In this document: one piece after another, positions 1 through 9,954 of the stretch
Layout: the number at the start of each line of letters is the position of its first letter
Numbering within the stretch: the stretch's first letter is position 1
Assembly: GCA_965228735.1 (NCBI GenBank)
Contig: OZ245838.1
Span: 3,456,001-3,520,000 of the forward strand
Direction: 5' to 3'
From: Planctomycetota bacterium
Lineage (GTDB): Bacteria; Planctomycetota; UBA1135; UBA2386
Length of the DNA stretch: 64,000 nucleotides
Made by a program: the position numbers and the translations under genes
Notes under the pieces: model-generated
What the model was told of the DNA's origin: nothing
Seen by the model: the letters and a program-made list of their open reading frames with translations, nothing else
Databases searched by the model: none

Positions 1-693
1 CCGGGTCAGTCCGCCGTGCACGAGTTCGCGATCCCGCTCGACGCGCAGGGCAACCCGACGATCGACCCGGTCACGGGCCGCTACGGCCCGGCGGCACCGA
101 CCTGGACGTTCACCGAACCCGGGTTCTTCTCCGCCGTGACATCGAGCGCCGAACGCCTGCCGAACGGCAACACGCTGATCTGCAGCGGCACGCAGCGTGA
201 ACTGCGGGAGGTCACGCCGGCCGGCCAGACCGTCTGGCAATTCAGCGATCCCGCCAACCCGTCGCTGCTCTTCCAGTGCAACTACGTCGATCGTTCCCTG
301 TGGCACGACACGACCGAGCTGTCCGCGGGCGTCGGTGGCACGATCGGGCTCGGTCACCTCACGGGCTCGGCGCACGCCGGCGAGCTCTACCAATTGCTCG
401 GCTCGATCTCGGGCACCGCCCCCGGCACGACGCTGCCCGGCGGCGTGCACCTGCCGCTCAACATCGACTTCCTCACGCAGAACATGGCGACGAACTACAA
501 CAACGCGCTGTTCGTCGACACGATCGGCGCGCTCGACGGCATGGGCGCCGGAACCTCCGCGATCGTCGTGCAGCCAGGCCTCGTTCCGACCGCCCTCGTC
601 GGGGTCGAACTCGACTTCGCCCACCTCGTCTGGGACGCGACGTTGTCACCCGTGCGCGCGAGCAATTCGGTGCGAGTGACGATCACGCCGTGA
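1..693 (+). CDS. C-terminal part of an arylsulfotransferase (ASST)-like beta-propeller protein with a C-terminal beta domain; 5' partial
   Basis: Frame is open from base 1. The SSAERLPNGNTLICSG...EVTPAGQTVWQF segment is typical of ASST-like propellers. Stop TGA at 691-693. Confidence 0.7.
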   Translation, partial: PGQSAVHEFAIPLDAQGNPTIDPVTGRYGPAAPTWTFTEPGFFSAVTSSAERLPNGNTLICSGTQRELREVTPAGQTVWQFSDPANPSLLFQCNYVDRSLWHDTTELSAGVGGTIGLGHLTGSAHAGELYQLLGSISGTAPGTTLPGGVHLPLNIDFLTQNMATNYNNALFVDTIGALDGMGAGTSAIVVQPGLVPTALVGVELDFAHLVWDATLSPVRASNSVRVTITP

Positions 694-800
694 TGGCGTA
701 CGGAACCTGGTTCAAACCGCAAGGCTGCTACGCGAGCCGCCTTCGGCGGCTCTCGCGTAGCAGCCTTGCGGTTTGAACCAGGTTCCGTACGCCATCACGG
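688..800. repeat. 113-bp near-perfect inverted repeat (49-bp arms 688-736 and 752-800, inner CCGCC-TTC-GGCGG hairpin) between convergent genes
   Basis: CCGTGATGGCGTACGGAACCTGGTTCAAACCGCAAGGCTGCTACGCGAG is the exact reverse complement of 752-800. Confidence 0.95.
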
Positions 801-3800
801 GGTGCGGTAGGCCAGCGTGAGCTTCGGGCGATCGGCAGCGGTGCCGTTCTGCACGGAGCCGAAGACCTTGGCCGTGCGCGTGCCGCTGATCTCGCTGCCG
901 CGCACGATCCAGCCGTGGTTGCTCGACGCCGAGTCGAGCCAGCCCTGCGCGTCCGTGACCATCGCCGAGCTGCTCCAGACATAGGCGGCCTCACCGCCGA
1001 CGACGCGCGACGCGGACTGGCCAAGGAAGTCACCACCCGCCGAGCTCCACGCCGACGTGCCAACGATCGCGCTGACCCACGTGGCGTCTCCCGTCGCCGC
1101 GGCGGTGCCACCGCCAATGTTGGAGTTCGACCCCGGAGCACCGGCTTCACCCCACTCCGTCGTCACCTCGGACAACGACACGACGACGTTGCCGATCGCG
1201 TTGCTCGGGGTGTAGACATTGGTGAGCTGCAGCGACGTCGCGAGGATCGTCGAACTCGCCGTCACGTTGCCGGCGACGTCGAACTCGAGCAACGCCCGGC
1301 GTCGACCCTGCTGCGTCCCGTTCATGAGCGCGGCATTGCCGGCCACGAGCCGTGGATGCTGGCCGTTGCTGCGCGTCGTCGCCTCCGAGTAGATGCTCGT
1401 GTCCTTGCTCGGTTCGATCGTCACGACCGTGATGTAGCTGGCCTTGAGCTCGTCGTCGGTGCCGCCTGCACCCGTCGCGGTCAGCCGCACGGAGTAGGTT
1501 CCATCCGCCGGGTAGGTATGCGTCGGGTTCTGCTGCGTCGAGTCGGTCGTACCGTCGTTGTCGAAGTCCCACTGCCACGTCGTCGGGCTCCCGGTCGTGA
1601 GATCGGTGAACTGGATCGATGAACCGTTGTTCGCGCTCGTCGTGAAGTCCGCGACGACCGCGCCCGCGACCGCGACGTAACTGAGCTTGGTCTCGTCGTC
1701 GGTGCCGCCGGGACCCGTCGCCGTCAGCTTGACGGTGTAGTTGCCGGGCGACGTGTAGGTGAAGTTCGGGTTCTGCAGGGTCGAATCGACCGTGCCGTCG
1801 TTCTCGAAGTCCCACTGCCACGCCGTCGGGCTGCCCGTCGACGAATCGGTGAAGTTCACGAGCAGCGGCGCGCCGCCCGCGAGCGGCGTGCCGGAGAAGT
1901 CGGCGACGACCGGCGGGAACACCTGCACCGCGCCCGTCTTGACCTCGGTATCCGAACCGACGGAGTTGGTCGCGACGAGACTGACGTCGTAGGTGCCCAC
2001 CGCGCTGTAGGTGAAGCTCGGGTTCTGTTCCGTCGAGTCGACCGTGCCGTCGTTCTCGAAGTCCCACGCCCAACTCGTCGCCGGACCGGTGGACGTGTCC
2101 GTGAACGTCACGTTGAGCGGCGAGCCGCCGGTCGCCGGCGTGATCGTGAAGTCCGCGGCGACCTGACCGAACGCGCTGATGAAGTCGGTCTCGGTCTTGG
2201 TGCCCTCCGTCACCGAGTTCTGCGCCGTGAGCTTGACCGAGTACGAACCGCCTGTGGTGTAGGTGTGGGTCGGGTTCTGCTCCGTCGAGTCGACGGTGCC
2301 GTCGTTGTCGAAGTCCCACGCCCACGACGTCGGGTTGCCCGACGATTCGTCGGTGAACGTGACCTCCAGGGGCACCTCGCCGGACTGCACCGACGCCGAG
2401 AAATCGACGATCACGCCCGATGTCTCCGCGAGGAACGACAGCATCACGTTCGTCGTATCCGACGTGCCGAGGTTGGTTGCGGCGGTCGAGTAGGCCACGA
2501 AGCCCGTGCCGTAGGTCGCGCTGGCCAGGAACCCACCGAGCACCGGCCCGGTGGACGCGCCGTTGCCGTCCCCGCTCTCGCTCGCCGTCACGTTGGCGCG
2601 GAACGGCAGCACGAGATCGCCGTCGAGCTGGCTGACCTCGAGCAGGTAGATGTCGGTCTCACCGTTGGTATCGTCCCGCAGGACGTCGAGGTTGGTCGAG
2701 TCCGACTCGAACGCGATCGTCGCGCCAGAACCGGAGATCACGGGCGCGCGCGCATCGCCGTCGCCGATCGTCGGCGACGTGCTGTCGGGCGTGATGACCT
2801 GATTGAGCAGCTTGGTGAACCCCGTCGCGCTGTCGAACAGGAAGGCGTTCGTCGTCGCGGTGACCGTCGTGAGATCGGTCTTGTCGGACTGGAACACCGC
2901 GAGGATGCGGCCGCTGCCGTTCTCGTAGACGCTCACCGCGGAGCTCGCGCCGCCGCTGCCCTCGGCCCCGGCCGAGGACACGCTGGCGCGCGACCGGGTG
3001 TACGGCGGCACGGCGCTGACGGGCGTGACGAACACGTCGCGCACGGAGTTGGTATCGCTGCCGACCTGGTCCGTCGCGTCGGACTCGTAACCGACCGCGA
3101 CGCCGTTGCTGCTGACGCTCGGCGCCTCGGACGAACCGTCGCCGCCCGTTGCCTGGTTCGAGACCGAGTGGCTCACGAGATCCGTCGTGTTGGCATCGAC
3201 GTCACGCACGAAGATGTCCGTGCCGCTGCCGTTGTTGTCCGTGAACGAGGTGATGAGATTGGTCGCGGCGGAGGCGAACGCGACGATCTCGCCGTTGCTG
3301 CCGCCGATCGACGGCGCGGTGGACGCCGCGTCGCCCTCGGTCGTCGTGGTGCCGGTGCGCGCGCTCACGAGCACGGGCGTCGACGAATCGACCGCGAGGT
3401 TGAGCCCGCCGGTCTCCGCGCCGCCCGTCGCGTTCTCTTCGGCCCGCAGCTCGACCGCGACGCGGAACACGTCGGTCGCGCTGTTCGTGTCGCCGGCGAC
3501 GAGATTGGTCGCATCGCTCTGGAACGCCACGTAGATCGTGCCGATCGGGTTGGTCGCCGCCGCGTTGGCAGCATCGAACGTCGGGTTGGCCACGTAGACG
3601 ACGGCGGGCGCGTTCGACGCGCCATTGCCCGCGGCCGTCGAACTCTGCACGCGACTGACCAGCGTGACATCCTTCACCGCATCCGCGTTGCCCGTGACCA
3701 TGCCGCCATCGTGCCACGCCTCGATGTCGCGGAAGAACGCCGACGAACCACCCGGCACCGTGCGAATGACACCGTCCGTGTCCTCGGGCTCGAGCACCCC

Positions 3801-4595
3801 ATCGTGATCGTCGTCGGCGATCCCGTTGCGGCCACCGACCTGCGGCAGGATGCCCGAATCGAGCGCCCAGAGGACGCGCTTGTCCGTGACGAAGTGCTCG
3901 AGTTCGTCGGCCGGAACACCCTGCGCCGCGGCCGCGAGCTCGGCGACCGTCCTGTTGCGGAAGTCGAACGACGCGGCCGGCGCCTGCCAGCCTTCGACGG
4001 GGAACGTCGAACTCGTGACGTGGCAGGCAGCGCACTGCTCCGGATCATTGTTCGGAAAACCCGTGCCCGGCGGCGGCCCCGCGTGGGGCAGCGGCGACGA
4101 CACGAATGCCTGGGTGTCCGCAGCCGCCATGCTGTGGCAGGTCGCGCAGCGCGGATGCCGGAACTTGCCGGCCAGCGACTGCGAGAACGCCGACGTATCG
4201 ATGTCCTGCGCCGTGACGATCGCGAGGAAAACGTCCGCGGCCGAATTGCCGTCCGTCGTCGTGTCGCGCGCGAGCTGCGTGCCCGAACCATCGCCGTCGT
4301 CCGCCGCCGCCGTGGTCGTGAACGCCAGGATCATCACCTCGCGCGCCGCCGTCGCCCCGATCGCCGGCACCTCGACGCCCGCGACTGCGAGTTCGCCCAG
4401 CGCCCCCGTCGGCGTCAGCCCGATATCGAATCCGACCGGCAGATTGGCGCTCGCCGTCGACGCCGAGGACGAGCTCCCCGGCAGATTGTTGCCGATTCCG
4501 GGCGAACACGCCGTGACGGTCAGGAACGCGGTGGCGGCGAGCAGGCCGAGGAGAGCGGCGCGGGGGCAGGCGCCCTGGCAGTGGCTGCGATTCAT
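795..4595 (-). CDS. Large lipoprotein: di-heme c domain, TolB-like beta-propeller repeats, four PKD domains and a C-terminal DNRLRE-like domain
   Basis: Lipobox-like VTAC; CATCH and CAACH motifs; AFxSDATNL..DTN..DVF repeats; four copies of W.WDF.NDGT.DST.QNP; C-terminal RRALLEFD...NHGWIV...RPKL. Confidence 0.85.
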   Translation of the reverse strand: MNRSHCQGACPRAALLGLLAATAFLTVTACSPGIGNNLPGSSSSASTASANLPVGFDIGLTPTGALGELAVAGVEVPAIGATAAREVMILAFTTTAAADDGDGSGTQLARDTTTDGNSAADVFLAIVTAQDIDTSAFSQSLAGKFRHPRCATCHSMAAADTQAFVSSPLPHAGPPPGTGFPNNDPEQCAACHVTSSTFPVEGWQAPAASFDFRNRTVAELAAAAQGVPADELEHFVTDKRVLWALDSGILPQVGGRNGIADDDHDGVLEPEDTDGVIRTVPGGSSAFFRDIEAWHDGGMVTGNADAVKDVTLVSRVQSSTAAGNGASNAPAVVYVANPTFDAANAAATNPIGTIYVAFQSDATNLVAGDTNSATDVFRVAVELRAEENATGGAETGGLNLAVDSSTPVLVSARTGTTTTEGDAASTAPSIGGSNGEIVAFASAATNLITSFTDNNGSGTDIFVRDVDANTTDLVSHSVSNQATGGDGSSEAPSVSSNGVAVGYESDATDQVGSDTNSVRDVFVTPVSAVPPYTRSRASVSSAGAEGSGGASSAVSVYENGSGRILAVFQSDKTDLTTVTATTNAFLFDSATGFTKLLNQVITPDSTSPTIGDGDARAPVISGSGATIAFESDSTNLDVLRDDTNGETDIYLLEVSQLDGDLVLPFRANVTASESGDGNGASTGPVLGGFLASATYGTGFVAYSTAATNLGTSDTTNVMLSFLAETSGVIVDFSASVQSGEVPLEVTFTDESSGNPTSWAWDFDNDGTVDSTEQNPTHTYTTGGSYSVKLTAQNSVTEGTKTETDFISAFGQVAADFTITPATGGSPLNVTFTDTSTGPATSWAWDFENDGTVDSTEQNPSFTYSAVGTYDVSLVATNSVGSDTEVKTGAVQVFPPVVADFSGTPLAGGAPLLVNFTDSSTGSPTAWQWDFENDGTVDSTLQNPNFTYTSPGNYTVKLTATGPGGTDDETKLSYVAVAGAVVADFTTSANNGSSIQFTDLTTGSPTTWQWDFDNDGTTDSTQQNPTHTYPADGTYSVRLTATGAGGTDDELKASYITVVTIEPSKDTSIYSEATTRSNGQHPRLVAGNAALMNGTQQGRRRALLEFDVAGNVTASSTILATSLQLTNVYTPSNAIGNVVVSLSEVTTEWGEAGAPGSNSNIGGGTAAATGDATWVSAIVGTSAWSSAGGDFLGQSASRVVGGEAAYVWSSSAMVTDAQGWLDSASSNHGWIVRGSEISGTRTAKVFGSVQNGTAADRPKLTLAYRTP

Positions 4596-4725
4596 GGAGT
4601 GCTGGTCGAGGCGAACGCTCGTTCGGAGGCGGCCGAGAGGCTATCCGGAACGACCCTATCGGACCATGGCATGGGGTCTTGGTAGCACATTGCGGGTTTC
4701 CTGCCGATACTGCGCATCCGACCAC

Positions 4726-6441
4726 ATGCGACCGACCACCCGACTCGCTCTTCTGCTCGGCGCGCTTCTCGCAACCGCGCCAGCCTGCAAGTTCCTCGCC
4801 CGCAAGATCGCGGTCATGTACCGCGATGCGTGGGACAACGGCCTGACCAAGAAGGAAGGGCCGGTCGAGGACGGCCTGCAGGAAGGCGACTGGACCTACT
4901 ACTACGAGTCCGGTCAGCGCCGCGCCCGCGGCCGCTACCACGAGGACAAGCGGATCGGGCCGTGGACCTATTACTACGAGACCGGCATCGTCGAATGGCA
5001 CGGCGAGTTCGACGCGGACGGCCACCGCACGGGCGAGTGGAGCATGAACTATCCCGACGAGACGCTCCGCGCGCGCGGCACCTACGTCGCGGACGCGGAG
5101 GACGGCGAGTGGGAGTTCTTCTATCCCGATGGGACGCTGCAACGCCGCGGCAGCTTCGACGGCGGGCGCCTCTCTGGACTCTGGCGCTACTACCACGAAG
5201 ACGGCGCGCTCAAGGCCGAGGGCGTCTGCCATCGCGGGCAACGGATCGGCATGTGGCGGTTGTTCGATGCCGAAGGCCGCGAGGGCAGCAAGGAGTTTCG
5301 CACGCGCGCCGGGATCACGGTCGTCGACGAACGCTGGCCGAACGGCAACCGCCGGCGCGTCGGTGTGCAGCAGAACGGCACGCCCGTCGGTTGCTGGGCC
5401 ACGTTCCACGAGAGCGGTGAGCCGCGCCTCATGAGCACGTTCCGCGGCGGCGAACCGGCCGGCCCGTTCCGCGTTCACGACACGGACGGCAACCGGCTCG
5501 CGCAGGGCACGATCGAGGACGGCAAGTTCGCTCCTGGTGGTGAAGAGTACGCGGTCGGCAGCGCGCGCCCGTTGCCGGCCGATCCGCTGCCGCCGATCCG
5601 CCCGCGCGACAGCGGTGATTGGCTCGACGACCAGGCCATGCGCGACCGCAAGCTGCCGGCGACCGTGGCCGCGCTCATCGGCGAGACGATCGCCCCGCCG
5701 GACCCCACGGCCGCGCCGGCCAAACCCGCGGGCGAACCGAGCAACCCGCTGCCGACCGCCGCGACGACGGCCGTGGCCCAGCAGATCGAGACGACACCGC
5801 GGCGCGAGCCCGCGCCGATGCAGCCCGACTGGACCGTGACCGAACAGGAAGAGCTCGACAGCTACGTCATGCGCTACCTCGAAGGGCCGGGCAAGGCGCG
5901 CGCGTCGCGCAAGAAGTACGGCCCGCCCGGATCGAAGCAGAGCCGCGGCCCGGGTCGGCGCAGCGAACTCGAAGGCAAGCAGCTCCCGCAGCAGGTGTTC
6001 GAGAGCGCCTCCGGCAAGCAGCTCGACCTGCAAACGCTGCGCGGCAACAAGCGCGTGCTCATGGTGATCCTGCGCGGCTTCGTCGGCGAGGTGTGCGTCT
6101 ACTGCGTCGCCCAGACCGAGGCGCTCGCGCAGTGCCAGAAGCAGCTCGAGCAGCTCGACATCGAGGTCGTCGTCGTCTACCCCGGCCCGCGCGAGAACCA
6201 GGCGTCGTTCCTGCGCGCCTACGAGATGACGTTCGGCAAGGGCGCGCCGCCCTACCAGGTCTACTACGACGACGATCTCTCGTTCGTCGACAAGCTCGGC
6301 ATCGCGGGTGACCTCGCGTTCCCCACGACGCTCGTGATCGACAAGCAGGGCGTCGTCGAATACGCGTTCGTCGGCGCGCACCGCGCGGACCGGCCCGCGG
6401 CGAAGAAGCTCATCCAGCTGATCGAGGGCATGAAGCAGTGA
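4726..6441 (+). CDS. Exported MORN-variant (YwqK-like) repeat protein fused to a C-terminal AhpC/TSA redoxin domain
   Basis: ATG 4726 (MRPTTRLALLLGALLATAPAC). Many G.W.YYYE.G repeats; C-terminal LRGFVGEVCVYC...FPTTLVIDKQGVV thioredoxin fold. Confidence 0.85.
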   Translation: MRPTTRLALLLGALLATAPACKFLARKIAVMYRDAWDNGLTKKEGPVEDGLQEGDWTYYYESGQRRARGRYHEDKRIGPWTYYYETGIVEWHGEFDADGHRTGEWSMNYPDETLRARGTYVADAEDGEWEFFYPDGTLQRRGSFDGGRLSGLWRYYHEDGALKAEGVCHRGQRIGMWRLFDAEGREGSKEFRTRAGITVVDERWPNGNRRRVGVQQNGTPVGCWATFHESGEPRLMSTFRGGEPAGPFRVHDTDGNRLAQGTIEDGKFAPGGEEYAVGSARPLPADPLPPIRPRDSGDWLDDQAMRDRKLPATVAALIGETIAPPDPTAAPAKPAGEPSNPLPTAATTAVAQQIETTPRREPAPMQPDWTVTEQEELDSYVMRYLEGPGKARASRKKYGPPGSKQSRGPGRRSELEGKQLPQQVFESASGKQLDLQTLRGNKRVLMVILRGFVGEVCVYCVAQTEALAQCQKQLEQLDIEVVVVYPGPRENQASFLRAYEMTFGKGAPPYQVYYDDDLSFVDKLGIAGDLAFPTTLVIDKQGVVEYAFVGAHRADRPAAKKLIQLIEGMKQ

Positions 6442-8912
6442 GCGGCAACCCCCGCAACGACGACGACCGACCGATCGAGGATCGCACGATCCCGATCGGG
6501 ATGCCGAGCGGCCAGGGGCAGCCCGGGCAGCCCGACGCGCAGCCGACCGATGACGGCGGCACCTGCAGCGCGGACGATGTCGAGGGCGCCGGCCCGCCGC
6601 TACCGATGGTGCCCGGCGTGACGCTCAGTCGCGAGCTCGCGCGCGGTGGCATGGGCGTCGTCTACGTCGGGTGCCAGGACTTCCTCGACCGGACCGTCGC
6701 GGTCAAGCTGCTGTCGATCGACCTGCAGAGCGATCAGTTCGCCGCGCGCTTCCACCGCGAGGCCAAGCTGCTCGCGGGCATCAAGCACGCCAACATCGTC
6801 GCGTGTCACGACGCGGGGGTCACCGACGAGGGGCTCTACTACCTCGTGATGGAATACATCGACGGCCCCAACCTCAAGAGCTGGATCGCGCAGAACGGGC
6901 CGTTCCCGGTGCCCGTCGCGCTCGACATGTGCAAGGCCGCGGCGCGCGCGCTCGACCACGCGCACGGTCTCGGCGTGATCCACCGCGACGTCAAGCCGGA
7001 GAACATCCTGCTCGAGACGGCGACGTCGACGCAGCTCAACGCGATGACGCCGTTCATCCCCAAGCTCGTGGACCTCGGCCTCGCGCGCATGCAGACCGAG
7101 AGCGCGGAGCTCGGGCTCACGTCGCCGGGCGCGGTGATGGGCACGCCCACGACGATGTCGCCGGAGCAGTTCGACGACCCGGACTCGGTCGACTTCCGCA
7201 CCGACATCTACGGTCTCGGTTGCGTGCTCTACGAGATGCTCACGGGGCAGCAGGCGTATCCGTCGGGCAAGCTCACGGACCTCGTCGTCAAGAAGCGCGA
7301 ACCGCTCGGCCCCAACCCGTGCGCGACGCTCGACTGGCTGTCGCAGCGGGTCGGCGACCTCGTCGCGCGCATGCTCGCCGCGGATCGCGAGCAGCGGCCC
7401 GCGAGTTATGCGGCGCTGATCGAGGAGATCGACGCGCTCGCGACGGAGTTCACGGGCAGCGTCGACAAGCCGGCGCCGGATTCGGCCGGCAGCGGCGCCG
7501 CCGCGACCGGTTCGGGCCCCGCCGACGGCGGCGCCGGCCCCGGCGATCCGGGTTTCGATCCGAACGTCACCCGCGGCATCCTGCGGTCCACGGAGCTGAA
7601 CTTCCTGGCCCAGGAACTCGGCGGCGGCGGCGAGAGCCCGGCCGGCGAACCGTCGTCTCCGTTCCGCGACGGCAGCGAGTCGAGCCCGTTCCAGGAAACG
7701 CCGGCGGCGAACGCGGGCACGGGTCAGACGGTGGCGATGGCGCCCGGCCAGGCGGCGCCCGAGCCGGCCTCGAAGTCCGGCAACAAGACGCCGATGCTCG
7801 TCGGCCTCGGCGTCGTGCTTGCCGGCCTGATCGGGGTCGGGATCTGGCAGGCGACGACGGGTGCCGACGATCCCGGCGGCGGCGATGGCGATCGCGTGGC
7901 GAACCGGAACGACAACGGCAACGACGGCAGCGACTCGGGCAACGCAACCGACCCTGGCCAAGCCTCTGGGTCGACCGGCGGCCAGAACACCTCACCGCCA
8001 CAGCCACAGCCCACGAACCGCCCGCCGACGCCGCCGGAGATCAGCGGCGCCGACGAGTTCGCGCTGCTGCAACCGCAGACGTTGCGCGCGACGGCGAGCG
8101 ACCCCGACGGCGACGAGCTGACCTACGAATGGAGCTCGCCACAGAACGACTGGACGCCCGGCAAGCCGGCCGTGGTGTTCACGGCGCAGGGCAACGCGGC
8201 GACCCCGGTGATGCTCGTCGAGGGCCTGCCCGGCGAACGCTTCACGGTGCAGGTCCGGGTCGCGGACGAACGCGGCAACTCGGTGTCCGGCACGCGGCAG
8301 ATCACGGTCGCGGACTACGACCCGAAACCGTTCCTCGCGGGCGCCGTGCTCGACGGCACCGCGTGGACGATCGACGACGCGTCGGCGTGGACGCAGAACA
8401 TCGAGACCGGCGCGGTGACCTGTCGCGTGCGTGACGACGCGCGCCGCATGTCGAAGAGCCTCGGCACCGACGGTTACTGGCACGTGATCGGCTTCCTCGA
8501 AGGCACCCCCTACCGCGTCGCCGACACGTTCGGCAACCCGGGTGTCCGACTCGAGGTCGGCGACCGCGCGTGGCACGTGCAGAGCAACCGCTCGCGCGAA
8601 GCCGGCAGTGAGACCGACCTGTGGTCCGCCGAGCTCACCGAACTCGAGCGCCCGAACGCCGACGCCGCGTGGCAACCCGCCGGCTCACCGCCCGTGAGAC
8701 TCGACTGGCGCGACGACACCGGCGAATGCCGCGGCGCGCTCGTCTCGCTGAAGCGCCGCCGCGACAGCATCACGGTGCAGTTCGGCTGCGCCGAGCACCG
8801 CGAGTTCCGCGAACTCACGATCGCCGACGCCGTCCCCGCCGACACCGAGGTCCGCCTGACGCTCTGCGTCGACCAGGCCCGCGGCGTCTTCAAGGACTTC
8901 TCGATCTACTGA
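6438..8912 (+). CDS. Membrane Ser/Thr protein kinase with an extracytoplasmic Ig/PKD-like domain
   Basis: LARGGMGVVY, VAVK, HRDVKPEN, DLG and SPEQ motifs; TM helix; ASDPDGDELTYEW Ig-like motif; GTGA overlap with the upstream gene. Confidence 0.92.
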   Translation: MSGNPRNDDDRPIEDRTIPIGMPSGQGQPGQPDAQPTDDGGTCSADDVEGAGPPLPMVPGVTLSRELARGGMGVVYVGCQDFLDRTVAVKLLSIDLQSDQFAARFHREAKLLAGIKHANIVACHDAGVTDEGLYYLVMEYIDGPNLKSWIAQNGPFPVPVALDMCKAAARALDHAHGLGVIHRDVKPENILLETATSTQLNAMTPFIPKLVDLGLARMQTESAELGLTSPGAVMGTPTTMSPEQFDDPDSVDFRTDIYGLGCVLYEMLTGQQAYPSGKLTDLVVKKREPLGPNPCATLDWLSQRVGDLVARMLAADREQRPASYAALIEEIDALATEFTGSVDKPAPDSAGSGAAATGSGPADGGAGPGDPGFDPNVTRGILRSTELNFLAQELGGGGESPAGEPSSPFRDGSESSPFQETPAANAGTGQTVAMAPGQAAPEPASKSGNKTPMLVGLGVVLAGLIGVGIWQATTGADDPGGGDGDRVANRNDNGNDGSDSGNATDPGQASGSTGGQNTSPPQPQPTNRPPTPPEISGADEFALLQPQTLRATASDPDGDELTYEWSSPQNDWTPGKPAVVFTAQGNAATPVMLVEGLPGERFTVQVRVADERGNSVSGTRQITVADYDPKPFLAGAVLDGTAWTIDDASAWTQNIETGAVTCRVRDDARRMSKSLGTDGYWHVIGFLEGTPYRVADTFGNPGVRLEVGDRAWHVQSNRSREAGSETDLWSAELTELERPNADAAWQPAGSPPVRLDWRDDTGECRGALVSLKRRRDSITVQFGCAEHREFRELTIADAVPADTEVRLTLCVDQARGVFKDFSIY

Positions 8913-8947
8913 CGCAGTGGCGAGGCGCGGCCGCGGGCACCCTCACG

Positions 8948-8987
8948 AGCCCCCCCGTACGGTACCCAGCCCCCCCGTACGGTACCC
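8948..8987. repeat. Perfect 20-bp tandem duplication AGCCCCCCCGTACGGTACCC x2
   Basis: Copies at 8948-8967 and 8968-8987, in the gap between convergent genes. Confidence 0.85.
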
Positions 8988-9031
8988 GGTTCAGACTGCC
9001 GGAACCTGCACGGGCCCCGGGAACAGCCGAG

Positions 9032-9838
9032 CTAGAACGACCAGTTCACGCCGACCGTGAGCCACCACGGGTCGTCGTCGATGCCGAGCTGGCTGAACCA
9101 GTCGTCGAGCGTGCTGTCCATGATCGCGGAGCCGTGCAGGCCGCCGCTGATCGTCGTGCGTTCGTCGTAGGCGTAGGCGACGGTGAGCGACGCCTGCAGG
9201 TTGGTGAAGCTCGACTCGTCCAGCCCGTAGAGCCACGCCGCCTGGCTGCTGCCCGCGTACGACAGGTTGCCGTCCGCCGTGAGCGTCCAGCCTTCCGCGA
9301 GTTCGAAGTCCTCCTGCATGCCGGCCGTGAAGTACGACGACCGCACCTCGTCGAAGTCGTAGCGGTAGGACACGTATGGCACCGCGCCGAGCAGCTCGGT
9401 GCTCGCGTTGACGAAGACCTCCGTCGTGCCGCCGCGCTCGCCGTTGGGGAACTCGAGGCCGTTGGGCAGGTTGTAGCTGTGGATGCCGCCGCTCACGGAG
9501 AACTCGCCGAGCTGCTGCGTCCAGTCGGCGATGTACTCCATCTGCGTGAACCGCCCGGCGTGACCGTCGGGGAACCACGCCGCGCCGACGTTGTTCGTCA
9601 GGTCCATGCTGGCTTCGGCCCGCACGCCGAGCTGCCCGCCTTCGACCGTCGTCGGGAACACGACGTCGAGGTGCGGCTGCAGCACGGGGCGATTGACCTG
9701 CGTCATGCCGCGGTGGATGAACCGATCCGCGAGCCGCGCGCCGATGCCGACGGTCGGCGCCTGATCCGGCGGAACGAAGCACCCGGATGCCAGGGCGCAG
9801 ACGAGAAGCAACGGAACGAGACGGAGTGAGCGTGGCAA
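9032..9838 (-). CDS. Outer-membrane beta-barrel protein (TorF/TIGR02001-like), possibly lipidated
   Basis: Likely TTG start at 9838 with signal ...VCALASGC; FIHRGMTQ..PVLQP motif; amphipathic strands; C-terminal VNWSF. Confidence 0.7.
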   Translation of the reverse strand: MPRSLRLVPLLLVCALASGCFVPPDQAPTVGIGARLADRFIHRGMTQVNRPVLQPHLDVVFPTTVEGGQLGVRAEASMDLTNNVGAAWFPDGHAGRFTQMEYIADWTQQLGEFSVSGGIHSYNLPNGLEFPNGERGGTTEVFVNASTELLGAVPYVSYRYDFDEVRSSYFTAGMQEDFELAEGWTLTADGNLSYAGSSQAAWLYGLDESSFTNLQASLTVAYAYDERTTISGGLHGSAIMDSTLDDWFSQLGIDDDPWWLTVGVNWSF

Positions 9839-9954
9839 GCGGATCCTCGGGCGCGGGTTTGCCTCGGCAGAGGCGGGCCGCGGCAGTGTCGAGAACCAGC
9901 AGCCGCAATGCAACGCGGAAGCCGGTTCGTCGCCGGGCATCCGCATCCAACGGT

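Noticed and set aside
1440..2410. Four similar ~250-bp repeats
   Set aside because: Explained by tandem PKD domains.
6094..6105. Possible third selenoprotein in the AhpC/TSA domain
   Set aside because: Both residues of the CVYC motif are TGC codons; no recoding is needed.
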